A stretch of 62,902 nt of DNA, filler included, from Octopus bimaculoides (lineage: Eukaryota): NCBI RefSeq assembly GCF_001194135.2. It is 9 parts of 8 records of this genome, joined end to end, with 100 filler letters (N's around TTAATTAATTAA, not from the genome) between each part and the next. Parts side by side here need not be neighbours in the genome. Positions count along the whole stretch, not along the records: positions 1 to 17,900 come from NC_068982.1; positions 18,001 to 21,983 come from NC_068983.1; 7 more parts are not named here. One strand, 5' to 3'. Of the stretch, positions 9,542-20,271 are shown piece by piece. Position numbers and translations under genes: made by a program. The notes below the pieces were generated by a model. The model had not been told where the DNA came from, searched no databases, and saw only the letters and a list, made by a program, of their open reading frames with translations. Each line of letters begins with the position of its first letter. Position 1 is the stretch's first letter.

Positions 9542-11680
9542 GAGCGGGATCGTTGCCAGTGCCCCTGGACTGGCTCATGTGCGGGCGACACATGAATTCT
9601 TTCGAGCGGGATCGTGCCAGAGCCCCTGGACTGGCTCATGTGCGGGCGACACACGATATCTTTCGAGCGAGATCGTTGCCGGTGCCCCTGGACTGGCTCA
9701 TGTNNNNNNNNNNNNNNNNNNNNNNNNNNNNNNNNNNNNNNNNNNNNNNNNNNNNNNNNNNNNNNNNNNNNNNNNNNNNNNNNNNNNNNNNNNNNNNNNN
9801 NNNNNNNNNNNNNNNNNNNNNNNNNNNNNNNNNNNNNNNNNNNNNNNNNNNNNNNNNNNNNNNNNNNNNNNNNNNNNNNNNNNNNNNNNNNNNNNNNNNN
9901 NNNNNNNNNNNNNNNNNNNNNNNNNNNNNNNNNNNNNNNNATATATATATATATATATATATATTGGTGCTATTAAGTTAGACATGGCCTGGACCAATCT
10001 TTGGTTGAAACATATCTAAGTTTTATATATATATATATGAGCGGGATCGTTGCCAGTGCCCCTGGACTGGCTCATGTGCGGGCGACACATGATATCTTTC
10101 AAGCGAAATCGTTGCCGGTGCCCCTGGACTGACTCTTGTGCGGGTGACACATGAGGCTTTTTCGAGCGAGATCGTTGACAGGACTTGATTGGTCCAAGGA
10201 CTGCTCTGAGCTCCAGTTTCTGCTCTGGTGTGGTTTCTATGGCTGGATGCTCTTCTCAATGCCAACCACTTTACATGTGAGGGTGACACATGAAATTTTT
10301 TCGAGCAGGGTCGTTGCCAGTGCCCCCCCCCCCTGGACTGGCTCATGTGCGGGCGACACATGAAATCTTTCGAGTGGGATCGTTGCCAGTGCCCCTGGAT
10401 TGGCTCATGTGCGGGCGACACATGAATCTTTCGAGCGGGACCATTGCCAGTGCCCCTGGACTGGCTCATGTGCGGGTGACACATGAATACTTTCGAGCGG
10501 GATCATGCCAGAGCCCCTGGACTGGCTCATGTGCGGGCGACACATGATATCTTTCGAGCGAGATCGTTGCCGGTGCCCCTGGACTGACTCTTGTGCGGGT
10601 GACACATGAAATGTTTGAGCGGGTTCGTTGCCAGTGCCCCTGGACTGGCTCATGTGCGGGTGACACATGAATACTTTCGAGCGGGATCATGCCAGAGCCC
10701 CTGGANNNNNNNNNNNNNNNNNNNNNNNNNNNNNNNNNNNNNNNNNNNNNNNNNNNNNNNNNNNNNNNNNNNNNNNNNNNNNNNNNNNNNNNNNNNNNNN
10801 NNNNNNNNNNNNNNNNNNNNNNNNNNNNNNNNNNNNNNNNNNNNNNNNNNNNNNNNNNNNNNNNNNNNNNNNNNNNNNNNNNNNNNNNNNNNNNNNNNNN
10901 NNNNNNNNNNNNNNNNNNNNNNNNNNNNNNNNNNNNNNNNNNNNNNNNNNNNNNNNNNNNNNNNNNNNNNNNNNNNNNNNNNNNNNNNNNNNNNNNNNNN
11001 NNNNNNNNNNNNNNNNNNNNNNNNNNNNNNNNNNNNNNNNNNNNNNNNNNNNNNNNNNNNNNNNNNNNNNNNNNNNNNNNNNNNNNNNNNNNNNNNNNNN
11101 NNNNNNNNNNNNNNNNNNNNNNNNNNNNNNNNNNNNNNNNNNNNNNNNNNNNNNNNNNNNNNNNNNNNNNNNNNNNNNNNNNNNNNNNNNNNNNNNNNNN
11201 NNNNNNNNNNNNNNNNNNNNNNNNNNNNNNNNNNNNNNNNNNNNNNNNNNNNNNNNNNNNNNNNNNNNNNNNNNNNNNNNNNNNNNNNNNNNNNNNNNNN
11301 NNNNNNNNNNNNNNNNNNNNNNNNNNNNNNNNNNNNNNNNNNNNNNNNNNNNNNNNNNNNNNNNNNNNNNNNNNNNNNNNNNNNNNNNNNNNNNNNNNNN
11401 NNNNNNNNNNNNNNNNNNNNNNNNNNNNNNNNNNNNNNNNNNNNNNNNNNNNNNNNNNNNNNNNNNNNNNNNNNNNNNNNNNNNNNNNNNNNNNNNNNNN
11501 NNNNNNNNNNNNNNNNNNNNNNNNNNNNNNNNNNNNNNNNNGCCCCTGGACTGGCTCATGTGCGGGCGACACATGATATCTTTCGAGCGAGATCGTTGCC
11601 AGTGCCCCTGAACTGGCTCTTGTGCGGGTGGCACATAAAAGACACCATTTCGAGCGTTGCCGTTTTCGTGTGGGTGACAC
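9542..11680 (+). repeat. Tandem array of a ~60-62 bp GC-rich unit (GAGCGGGATCGTTGCCAGTGCCCCTGGACTGGCTCATGTGCGGGCGACACATGAATTCTTTC), interrupted by two gaps
   Basis: About 14 units visible, running directly into a SINE 3' end at 11680-11850. Confidence 0.92.
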
Positions 11681-11852
11681 GTAAAAGCACCCACTACATT
11701 CTCTGAGTGGTTGACGTTAGGAAGGGCATCCAGCTGTAGAAACTCTGCCAAATTAGATTGGAGCCTGGTGTTGCCATCCGGTTTCACCAGTCCTCAGTCA
11801 AATTGTCCAACCCATGCTAGCATGGAAGGCGGACGTTAAACGATGGTGATGA
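11680..11852 (+). mobile_element. 3' part of RTE-tailed SINE hosting the tandem array
   Basis: gcacccactacattctctgagtggttgacgttaggaagggcatccagctgtagaaac...ggacgttaaacgatggtgatgat. Confidence 0.85.
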
Positions 11853-12526
11853 TATATATATATATATACATACATACACATCTATATATATGTGTGTGTG
11901 TGTCACTGAAGCCATTCATACATATGTACCCTTTCTCTCTCGCGCTCTCTTATTCTCTGTCAATCACTCACACATTCACTCACTACAAAAAGTGAATAAA
12001 AAAAATTTCAGTTATCTCTCTCTCTCTCTTACATACTCACACACCAGCACGATTGCTCTCTTTCTGTCTCTTCACACACACTAACAAAAAAACTTCACAT
12101 ACACACCACACTTTCTGTCTCGCACACCCCATCAAACACACACACACACACACACACATGGCACACCAACTTCAAAAGAACTTCCCCAATCCAATCTCGC
12201 TTTCTTTGTCACTTTTGCTTTTACGCCGACTTCAAAAGATCCCCTTTCCCCCACCCTACATATGTTGAAAAATAATAAAAAATTTATGGAAAGCAACGAT
12301 CTTCTTCAGAAACATAAATACACCTGCTTTAATAAATGATATACATTGTGCTCAGATCGAAAGATCACCCTGATGATAATAGATATTATGCTTATCAAAC
12401 TATAAAACATCTGGGTAAATAATTAACATAATAGAATATAACTCTAAACTGTCCTAAAAATTCATCAACTTAACTATTCCTAATATTAGATGCAGGTCAT
12501 AAATGTAAAATGTTATAAATACTCAC

Positions 12527-12588
12527 TTGAAGCTGTCTCTGAGCACTTTTTAGAAACCTCGTTAAGTTTCCGACACGTCTCGTTGAGA
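12527..12588 (-). CDS. BIN3: BIN3 coding exon (62 nt, phase 2-1): LNETCRKLNEVSKKCSETAS
   Basis: Acceptor ttttgttttcatttcag, donor AA|gtgagt. Aligns to human LEEQTRRLQKDMKKSTDADL; joins the 137-nt exon in frame. The 5' exons and last exons were not found (gaps or outside the window). Confidence 0.88.
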
Positions 12589-13019
12589 CTGAAATGAAAA
12601 CAAAAGAAATAAGAGATGTCATTTTATGTTTAAGGAGAGAGGTTCAAAAGATTGAACAAAATGTAGAAATGTTAACAATGACATGAATTTTTCTCTTTTT
12701 AATCTCACATCATGGACAAGTTATAGAATGTATATTATTATGGGAAATCTTAAGAATCTCACTTATGTTGAGATTACAGCTTAGCGATTAGTTAAGTTGG
12801 TGGTATGTTACTGGCCTGGTAGCTGAACCCCATGACAAAGGTTGTTTATTAGGACTTTAGTCAGCACCAGTGGTAATCATTTTGGCTGAGATCAGCTGTC
12901 AGTGTGTGACAGTGGTTTAGCATATATTTATGTCAACCACTTTAAAGCAAGTACTGTTTATGTATGTAAACTGTTATTATTGGGCTGAACACTCCTATGG
13001 TATTACTATAGGAATAAGA

Positions 13020-13900
13020 TCACCCAACAGTGTAAGGCTTGTAGTTACTGATCGCTATGCACACAGCACATCGTTTTGGTACATTCTTTATTTTTTTATA
13101 GGCAAATTGAAGTGGGGAAATGTTCATGTCCCTTGATGATTCAGCAAAGGGGAGGAGCCAGAAATGTGGATGCCCCTGTGATCAGTATGGTGGAATATTT
13201 GAAACTTCTATTATTTGTTTCAGAAGCAACTCACATTATATTAGTCCATCTTCTACAAAGCCAAGCATTTGCCATATCATAAATGAAATTATGTCCACCA
13301 CATATATGAAAAGCTTCTTATACTATTTCAGAAATTTATACACTGATCTCTGTGTTGATGCCAGCTGATCAGAACAATTGACACCACTCATTGTATGATT
13401 GTATAGCAACACAACAATTGGTTTCATTACTGGATTTCCAATTCTGTCTTGTTTACTGGTGTTGGAAATTCCAGTAGAATGTGTGGTGGACAGCAAACAA
13501 ATATTTTAATGTCTCTCCACACCAATGCAATAATGCTACTATCAGTGAAGTGCCACCAAAGCGCAATTTTTATATTATAATAGTGGTGAAGCCTTGAACC
13601 GAATAAGAAATATTTACATGTAGAATGTAACAAACCTATCAGATTCCTTGAAATTTGCATGGTGGCCTCTGTTAGCGACTGTGAATGATAGCAGACATTT
13701 ATGTGAACCAGTACAAAAACTGGGGCAGATAAGGGTGTGTATATTTATGCCATCCAGTTTAAAGCAAGTACACAGCACACGTAAATTTAAGTCAACCAAT
13801 GACATAGGGTTAAATTTCACAGTTAATATTTTTACATCAAGCATGCACTGTCCACAGCAGAATAACAGAACTCTCAACAGCTTTGAATGTCAAGTTGTAA
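13020..13900 (-). mobile_element. Decayed piggyBac (PGBD4-like, DDE_Tnp_1_7) transposase remnant in a BIN3 intron
   Basis: Minus strand reads KPIVVLLYNHTMSGVNCSDQLASTQRSVYKFLK*YKKLFIYVVDI (cf. KPxxVxDYNxxMGGVDxxDQ...KWYKKLF) and the start of the Cys-rich tail HFPTSI..KNKNVPKRCAVC. Stops and frameshifts present. Confidence 0.8.
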
Positions 13901-14423
13901 ATTAGAAGCATTGATGTGTATTTCATTAGCTGTGCTTTCTCAAATCCCCCCATGGATATAGGATGTAATAGAAAATAATTGCAGTGTCTTCTCTTGTGTT
14001 ACTACAGTAAAACCAAAGCTTTAGTAGTCTTTCACCTCATCAAACAAGTTATAGATCATACAGACTTCATTTAAAACTGAAATACAGTTAAAAATGTCCT
14101 TTTCTCTTCATTCTCTTCTCATTTTGAACTTTTAAATGGTTTAAAGAGTGGAACAAAAGGATGACTACCAGGAATTAAGTAACCTCTAAAAGGATACATG
14201 AAGCAACCTACAATGGCACAAGTATGTTAAATCATTAGTGGGATAAATCATCATGAGCTGTTGTGAGAATAGAAAATAATAGTCGAGATTTTTTGTTTTT
14301 AAATGTGTAATCAGTTATATGATGGATGGCACCAAAGATTAACTTCTTTATGAATATAGTAGTAACCCAGAAATAGCTAACAAGGTTTGATGCTGATGTA
14401 GATCAGTGTTTCTCATAAATGAT

Positions 14424-14572
14424 GTCCCAACAAATCCTCAGTCCTCCTCTTATCAAATAGCTTCACTCCACACGTTTCTCTTACCACTGCACTCTCAGTC
14501 CTTCTCAAAATTACCATCTCTCTCTCCCTAAGACACCATGTCTCACTCCCATACAGCATTGCAGCTCTCACT
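14424..14572 (-). mobile_element. RTE-clade LINE reverse-transcriptase C-terminal fragment
   Basis: VRAAMLYGSETWCLREREMVILRRTESAVVRETCGVKLFDKRRTEDLL matches RTE VRxAMLYGSETWxL...MLRxMCGVxLxDR. Confidence 0.78.
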
Positions 14573-14769
14573 CAACTCTTATATTTAATAGAGAGTAAAC
14601 TAAACATGGAGAATTCAGTTTCTTGTGATATTCTTGGAAAACATATTTCACATTAAAGATTAGTCTTAAAGTAGAAATGTGAGCAAAGTCTCTTTTTTAT
14701 CAACTCCTTCACATGTACTGTAATCCCTTGCCATATTGTGGTTTACCTATAGCAGTAAATTATCTAAGC

Positions 14770-15100
14770 TTACGTCATTTCCTCTGTAGTGGCACATAAA
14801 AAGCACCATCCGAATGTGGTTGATGCCAGTGCCCTCTGACTGGATCCTGTACCAGTGGCACATAAAAATCACATCTGAACATGGTCGATGCCAGTGCCTC
14901 CTGACTGGCCCCCATGCCGGTGGTACATAAAGAGCACCCACTACACTCTCAGAGTGGTTGGCATTAGGAAGGGCATCCAGCTGTAGAAACATTGCTAGAT
15001 CAGATTGGAACCTAGTGCAGCCATCTGGTTCACCAGACCTCAGTCAAACTATCCAACCCATGCCAGTATGGAAAGCAGACGTTAAATGATGATGATGAGG
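14770..15100 (+). mobile_element. RTE-tailed SINE carrying two copies of the ~60-bp internal unit
   Basis: Units gatgccagtgccctctgactgg..gtggcacataaaaa, then the standard tail and (ATG)n. Confidence 0.8.
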
Positions 15101-15142
15101 AGGAGGAAATATATGTAAATTATAAAAATAATTACAAAAATA

Positions 15143-15233
15143 TACAGTCCAGTACTGTTTCTACTTCGTGGATTTTTACCTTTTGTATTGGGTTTTGGAA
15201 CATAACACCTATGATAGTCGAGGGATTACTGTA
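15143..15233. mobile_element. Short Tc1/mariner-type MITE
   Basis: TACAGT...gtcgagggattACTGTA termini. Confidence 0.45.
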
Positions 15234-15242
15234 TACACACAG

Positions 15243-16398
15243 GTGCAGGCATAGCTGTGTGGTAAGAAATTTACTTCCCAATCACATGGTTTCAGGTTGA
15301 GTTCTACTGTATGGTACCTTGGGCAAGTATCTTCTACTATAGACCTGGACTGACCAAAGCCTGGTGAGTGGATTTAATAGACAGAAACTGAGAAGATGCC
15401 CATGATACACCTACACACACACATCATCATCATCATTTAACATCTGCTTTTCATCATCATCATTTAATGTCTGCCTTGGATAGATGGTTTGACTAAAAGT
15501 TGGTAAGCTGCATCAGGTTCTGATCTGATTTAGCTGGGTGTTCTTCCTAACGCCAACCACTCTGAGAGTGTAGTGGGTGTTTTTTACACGCCACCGGCAT
15601 GGGTGCCATTGACTTGATTCTGGCATTAGCCATGACCATGGTCTCACTTAGCTTGACAGGTCTACACAAGCATGATATATTGCCAAAGGTCATGGTCACC
15701 TGTCATTACCTCCATGAGGCCCAACGCTTGAAAGGTGCATTTTATGTGCCACCACACACACACACATATATATATATGTACATGCGTGTGTGTTACAGTC
15801 TCCTTGCCTTGACATTACATGATAGTTGTAAGCAAGTGTGCCTGTCATGCAAGTGGTGCCCTTCATTTTCAATCTTCATTGAAAACATGACTAGTTATTA
15901 GGAAATTTTACTTTACTTGAAAACAAGTTGGGTTTGGTGATAGGAAGAGTATTTGGCCATAGAAAATCTACCTCAACGAATTCTATCAGAGTGATGCAAG
16001 CATGGAAAACTAGACATTAAATGATGCTGGCAACATACACCCATTCTCTCCTGAATATAAAAGGGCTGTGGGTGCTCACTTGTCTATACAGTAAAGAGAA
16101 AGGGAATGCACAAAGTTAGCACTTGGTAAAAGGGTAGAGGGCAAAGATTCCCTTTGGTCATGAATGACCATGAGATTGCACCTAAGGAAAGCTCCCCTCC
16201 AAGGAACAAATCAGGGTGAGGTTGTTTTATGGAAGACCAGCAGTTGCCCATGAATACCAGCTTCCCCTCTCTATACCACCAATGTTATCCAAGGGAAAAG
16301 TAAAGGCCAATAGAGCTTGACCCCAGTGACATCACAACTCATTTCTATAGCTGAGTGAACTAGAGCAATGTGAAATAAAGTGTCTTGCTCAAGGATAC
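15243..16398. mobile_element. Nested cluster of SINE fragments (A +, RTE-tailed - and +, family C -)
   Basis: Family motifs at 15243-15400, 15422-15750, 15930-16030 and 16310-16398. Confidence 0.65.
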
Positions 16399-16686
16399 TG
16401 TGGTATGACGTCAGTGTCTGGGGAGGCTGACCAGAAGGGCGAGTTGACCGGAAGGGGAAAAAGGGCAGAGGGAGCCTCGATCGGGATTCGTGCCCTTTTC
16501 GAACGGGGTTGTGGTCAGGACAAGACGTGTTAAGCGACGGTCTAGGTTTGGGAGAGGCAGCTGCTATTCCTGGTGTACTTTGGGTCGGGGCAAGCTTCAA
16601 GGATTGGATACCGCAAGACAGACTCGCAGTCGAGGAAAGGAAAACCGAGGTAAGGCGATTACATCTACTCGTATGCACACACCACA
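16399..16686 (+). mobile_element. Putative 5' LTR (288 bp) of a Ty3/gypsy element inserted into a SINE C copy
   Basis: Inverted termini TGTGGT...ACCACA and an abrupt rise in GC/CpG. Interrupts the SINE motif gtgtcttgctcaaggat/cac. The second LTR is not visible. Confidence 0.6.
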
Positions 16687-17460
16687 AGCTATTTCGGCCC
16701 CANNNNNNNNNNNNNNNNNNNNNNNNNNNNNNNNNNNNNNNNNNNNNNNNNNNNNNNNNNNNNNNNNNNNNNNNNNNNNNNNNNNNNNNNNNNNNNNNNN
16801 NNNNNNNNNNNNNNNNNNNNNNNNNNNNNNNNNNNNNNNNNNNNNNNNNNNNNNNNNNNNNNNNNNNNNNNNNNNNNNNNNNNNNNNNNNNNNNNNNNNN
16901 NNNNNNNNNNNNNNNNNNNNNNNNNNNNNNNNNNNNNNNNNNNNNNNNNNNNNNNNNNNNNNNNNNNNNNNNNNNNNNNNNNNNNNNNNNNNNNNNNNNN
17001 NNNNNNNNNNNNNNNNNNNNNNNNNNNNNNNNNNNNNNNNNNNNNNNNNNNNNNNNNNNNNNNNNNNNNNNNNNNNNNNNNNNNNNNNNNNNNNNNNNNN
17101 NNNNNNNNNNNNNNNNNNNNNNNNNNNNNNNNNNNNNNNNNNNNNNNNNNNNNNNNNNNNNNNNNNNNNNNNNNNNNNNNNNNNNNNNNNNNNNNNNNNN
17201 NNNNNNNNNNNNNNNNNNNNNNNNNNNNNNNNNNNNNNNNNNNNNNNNNNNNNNNNNNNNNNNNNNNNNNNNNNNNNNNNNNNNNNNNNNNNNNNNNNNN
17301 NNNNNNNNNNNNNNNNNNNNNNNNNNNNNNNNNNNNNNNNNNNNNNNNNNNNNNNNNNNNNNNNNNNNNNNNNNNNNNNNNNNNNNNNNNNNNNNNNNNN
17401 NNNNNNNNNNNNNNNNNNNNNNNNNNNNNNNNNNNNNNNNNNNNNNNNNNNNNNNNNNNN

Positions 17461-17601
17461 CCACACATGGCGAGGGAATGCGCCGAATCGGGGCCCGTCT
17501 GCTATCGATGCAGGAAGACTGGGCACATCGCCTGTGATTGCGACCAGGGAAACGACCGTGGTGAAGTTGCTGCCTCTCAAACTTTCCCCGCAACCAAGTA
17601 G
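17461..17601 (+). mobile_element. Gypsy gag C-terminus with CCHC zinc knuckles
   Basis: PHMARECAESGPVCYRCRKTGHIACDCDQGNDRGEVAASQTFPATK*: one full CX2CX4HX4C plus the tail of a preceding knuckle. Confidence 0.88.
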
Positions 17602-17900
17602 AGGCGCTTGTGGAGGTGCTGCTCGTGGTCGAAGTCGAGGTCGAGGGGAAGAAGTTCAAAGCCCTCGTGGACACGGGTTGCACGACTACCCTCGTGACGC
17701 CAAGGGTGGCGAAGAAATGGGATGGGACGAGTAGCGTCCGGGCGGTTGACGGGAGAGAGACCCGTTGCAGGGGCAGCTCCAGTCTGGAGATATCGTTACC
17801 GAGCGCGGCGCTGAGGCTACGGGTGATCGTGATCGATTATGTGATAGACGGGGTTGATGTCGTGTTGGGGATGGATGCCATCAACCGTCTTGGTGGCATT
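17565..17900 (+). mobile_element. Gypsy pol aspartic protease (in -1 frame relative to gag), truncated by a gap
   Basis: KALVDTGCTTTLV...VDVVLGMDAI retropepsin motifs. Confidence 0.88.
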
Positions 17901-18000
17901 NNNNNNNNNNNNNNNNNNNNNNNNNNNNNNNNNNNNNNNNNNNNTTAATTAATTAANNNNNNNNNNNNNNNNNNNNNNNNNNNNNNNNNNNNNNNNNNNN
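17901..18000. other. Assembly spacer N44-TTAATTAATTAA-N44 (100 bp, gap of unknown size)
   Basis: The same construct recurs at ~22028, 30128, 32842, 38699, 48497, 59139 and 60826. Confidence 0.95.
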
Positions 18001-18221
18001 TATATATATATATATATATATATATTATATTATATTATATTATATTATATCATATTATATTATATATGCGTGTTTGTATGTATGTGTTTTATCCATAATA
18101 TTCAGAAATACTAAGACTGTTTATTTTATTTTCCGTCTATCATAAAGACAATCACAGATACGATCTATTGATACAGAAAATGAAATGAGAAACCGAAAAA
18201 TCGAAATTAAAATATACACAT

Positions 18222-18231
18222 CCGCCATTTT
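18222..18231 (-). promoter_or_regulatory. AAAATGGCGG (YY1-type) motif, candidate BIN3 promoter/5' region
   Basis: Exact motif in non-repetitive sequence, upstream of and on the same strand as the BIN3 exons, near the CpG transition. Confidence 0.3.
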
Positions 18232-18626
18232 GTTAGTTTTTAGTATTTGATCCATGGTTAATGGAACAGGATTATTGATCGGGAATGATCACTGATATTG
18301 TCAATTTATCTGTCTGTCTATCTGTCTCTCTTTCTCTCTGTCACTCTCTTTCTCTTTTCCTTCATTCCATCTCTCTCGCTCTTTCCCTTTTTCTCTCATT
18401 CCATCTCTCTCTCTCTCCCTTTCTATCCCTTATACACACACACACACATATATATGTTTGTGTGTGTGTATAAGTAGTTCACTGATGTCTTAGCTGGCCA
18501 TAACTTCGAAATCACTATCAATACTATTCTAGCTAATGAATTATCTTTACTCTTCTGCAAGTATTGAGTAATCTTTCAAATTAATGTAGAATCGCTTTTA
18601 TTGGAACTTAACGTGAAATGAAACAT

Positions 18627-18711
<85 letters not shown>

Positions 18712-18714
18712 AAG

Positions 18715-18985
18715 GAGCACAACGTCGGTTACGACGACGAGGGTCCAAGTTGATACGATCGACGGAACAGCTCGTGAAATTAACGTGCAAGTGGCTGGGC
18801 ACTCCACAGACACGTGTACCCTTAACGTAGTTCTAAGAGAGATTCAGCGTGACACAGAGTGCGACAAGGCTGGCCCTTTGAAATACAGGTACTACTCATT
18901 TTTGCCAGCTGAGTGGACTGGAGCAACGTGAAATAAAGTGTCTTGCTCAAGGACACAACGCATCGCTGGGTATTGAACTCACGAC
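18715..18985 (-). mobile_element. SINE family C (tgagcaagacactttatttcacgttgctccagtccactcagctggc central domain)
   Basis: Near-identical to the copy at 37505-37730; head runs into the gap. Confidence 0.8.
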
Positions 18986-19731
18986 NNNNNNNNNNNNNNN
19001 NNNNNNNNNNNNNNNNNNNNNNNNNNNNNNNNNNNNNNNNNNNNNNNNNNNNNNNNNNNNNNNNNNNNNNNNNNNNNNNNNNNNNNNNNNNNNNNNNNNN
19101 NNNNNNNNNNNNNNNNNNNNNNNNNNNNNNNNNNNNNNNNNNNNNNNNNNNNNNNNNNNNNNNNNNNNNNNNNNNNNNNNNNNNNNNNNNNNNNNNNNNN
19201 NNNNNNNNNNNNNNNNNNNNNNNNNNNNNNNNNNNNNNNNNNNNNNNNNNNNNNNNNNNNNNNNNNNNNNNNNNNNNNNNNNNNNNNNNNNNNNNNNNNN
19301 NNNNNNNNNNNNNNNNNNNNNNNNNNNNNNNNNNNNNNNNNNNNNNNNNNNNNNNNNNNNNNNNNNNNNNNNNNNNNNNNNNNNNNNNNNNNNNNNNNNN
19401 NNNNNNNNNNNNNNNNNNNNNNNNNNNNNNNNNNNNNNNNNNNNNNNNNNNNNNNNNNNNNNNNNNNNNNNNNNNNNNNNNNNNNNNNNNNNNNNNNNNN
19501 NNNNNNNNNNNNNNNNNNNNNNNNNNNNNNNNNNNNNNNNNNNNNNNNNNNNNNNNNNNNNNNNNNNNNNNNCTATAAGCCTTTTTATAAAGTAGGATGG
19601 TATTTGACTCTTTCCACAGTGAGGCTGAAATACCCTCATTCAGGGAGCGATTTTCCACAGCTCTTTACTTCTTCATCTTAACGTTTCTTTTGTTTTTCTC
19701 AGAAGCTTTGTCTGTTTTCATCAGTTTGAAG

Positions 19732-19773
<42 letters not shown>

Positions 19774-20271
19774 CTGAACAAAATAAATCGAAGAAATTGG
19801 GACAAATTATTGAAACTACCCAAATGGAATATTTTATTGGTTGAAAACTTGAAGATAAACAATATTTTTCGTAATAGTCTTCTTGTAACTCCCATTCAAT
19901 GAACGTTAACGGCACGTGCACATGTACACACAGCCTTCTTCAAATTTCACACACACACAAACACACACACCTGATTGTCGTCTGCTTTATGTGTCCACGT
20001 GCAAGTAGCATTCATTTGTAACTTCCCATCTTCCTGCATCTTTCTATCGCACACACTTCTCCCATCACATTCCCACTGTGTGACAGATTGTTTGGGCCGC
20101 AGGAATTTTCTGTTAGTATTTCAATATATTATTGTTTAATCAGCAGAAGTTACAAATAATGACCGAGGTACTAAACTACTAAATGTCATCAGTCTATCAA
20201 TATCTGTGTCCAAACTACACCTGAAATACTTACTTAAAAATCTATCTGATCAATCTGATAAATTCTCCAAT

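Noticed and set aside
9542-11680. CRISPR-like or HDV/hammerhead ribozyme reading of the tandem array
   Set aside because: No unique spacers or cas genes in a eukaryotic context; no CUGANGA core, and no P2 partner strand for an HDV fold.
12628-12665. Plus-strand RREVQKIEQ resembling BIN3 FEREVxKL
   Set aside because: Wrong strand, no matching upstream residues; probably chance.
14036-14076. 41-nt segment with good minus-strand acceptor, same size as the missing BIN3 exon 3
   Set aside because: The required phase 0-2 frame has an immediate TAA; the only open frame (LNEVCMIYNLFDE) is incompatible and unlike BIN3.
19971-20109. 139-nt open segment with ctaacag acceptor (KFLRPKQSVTQWECDGRSVC...)
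   Set aside because: Donor falls in a (GT)n tract and there is no recognisable homology; unsupported without RNA-seq.
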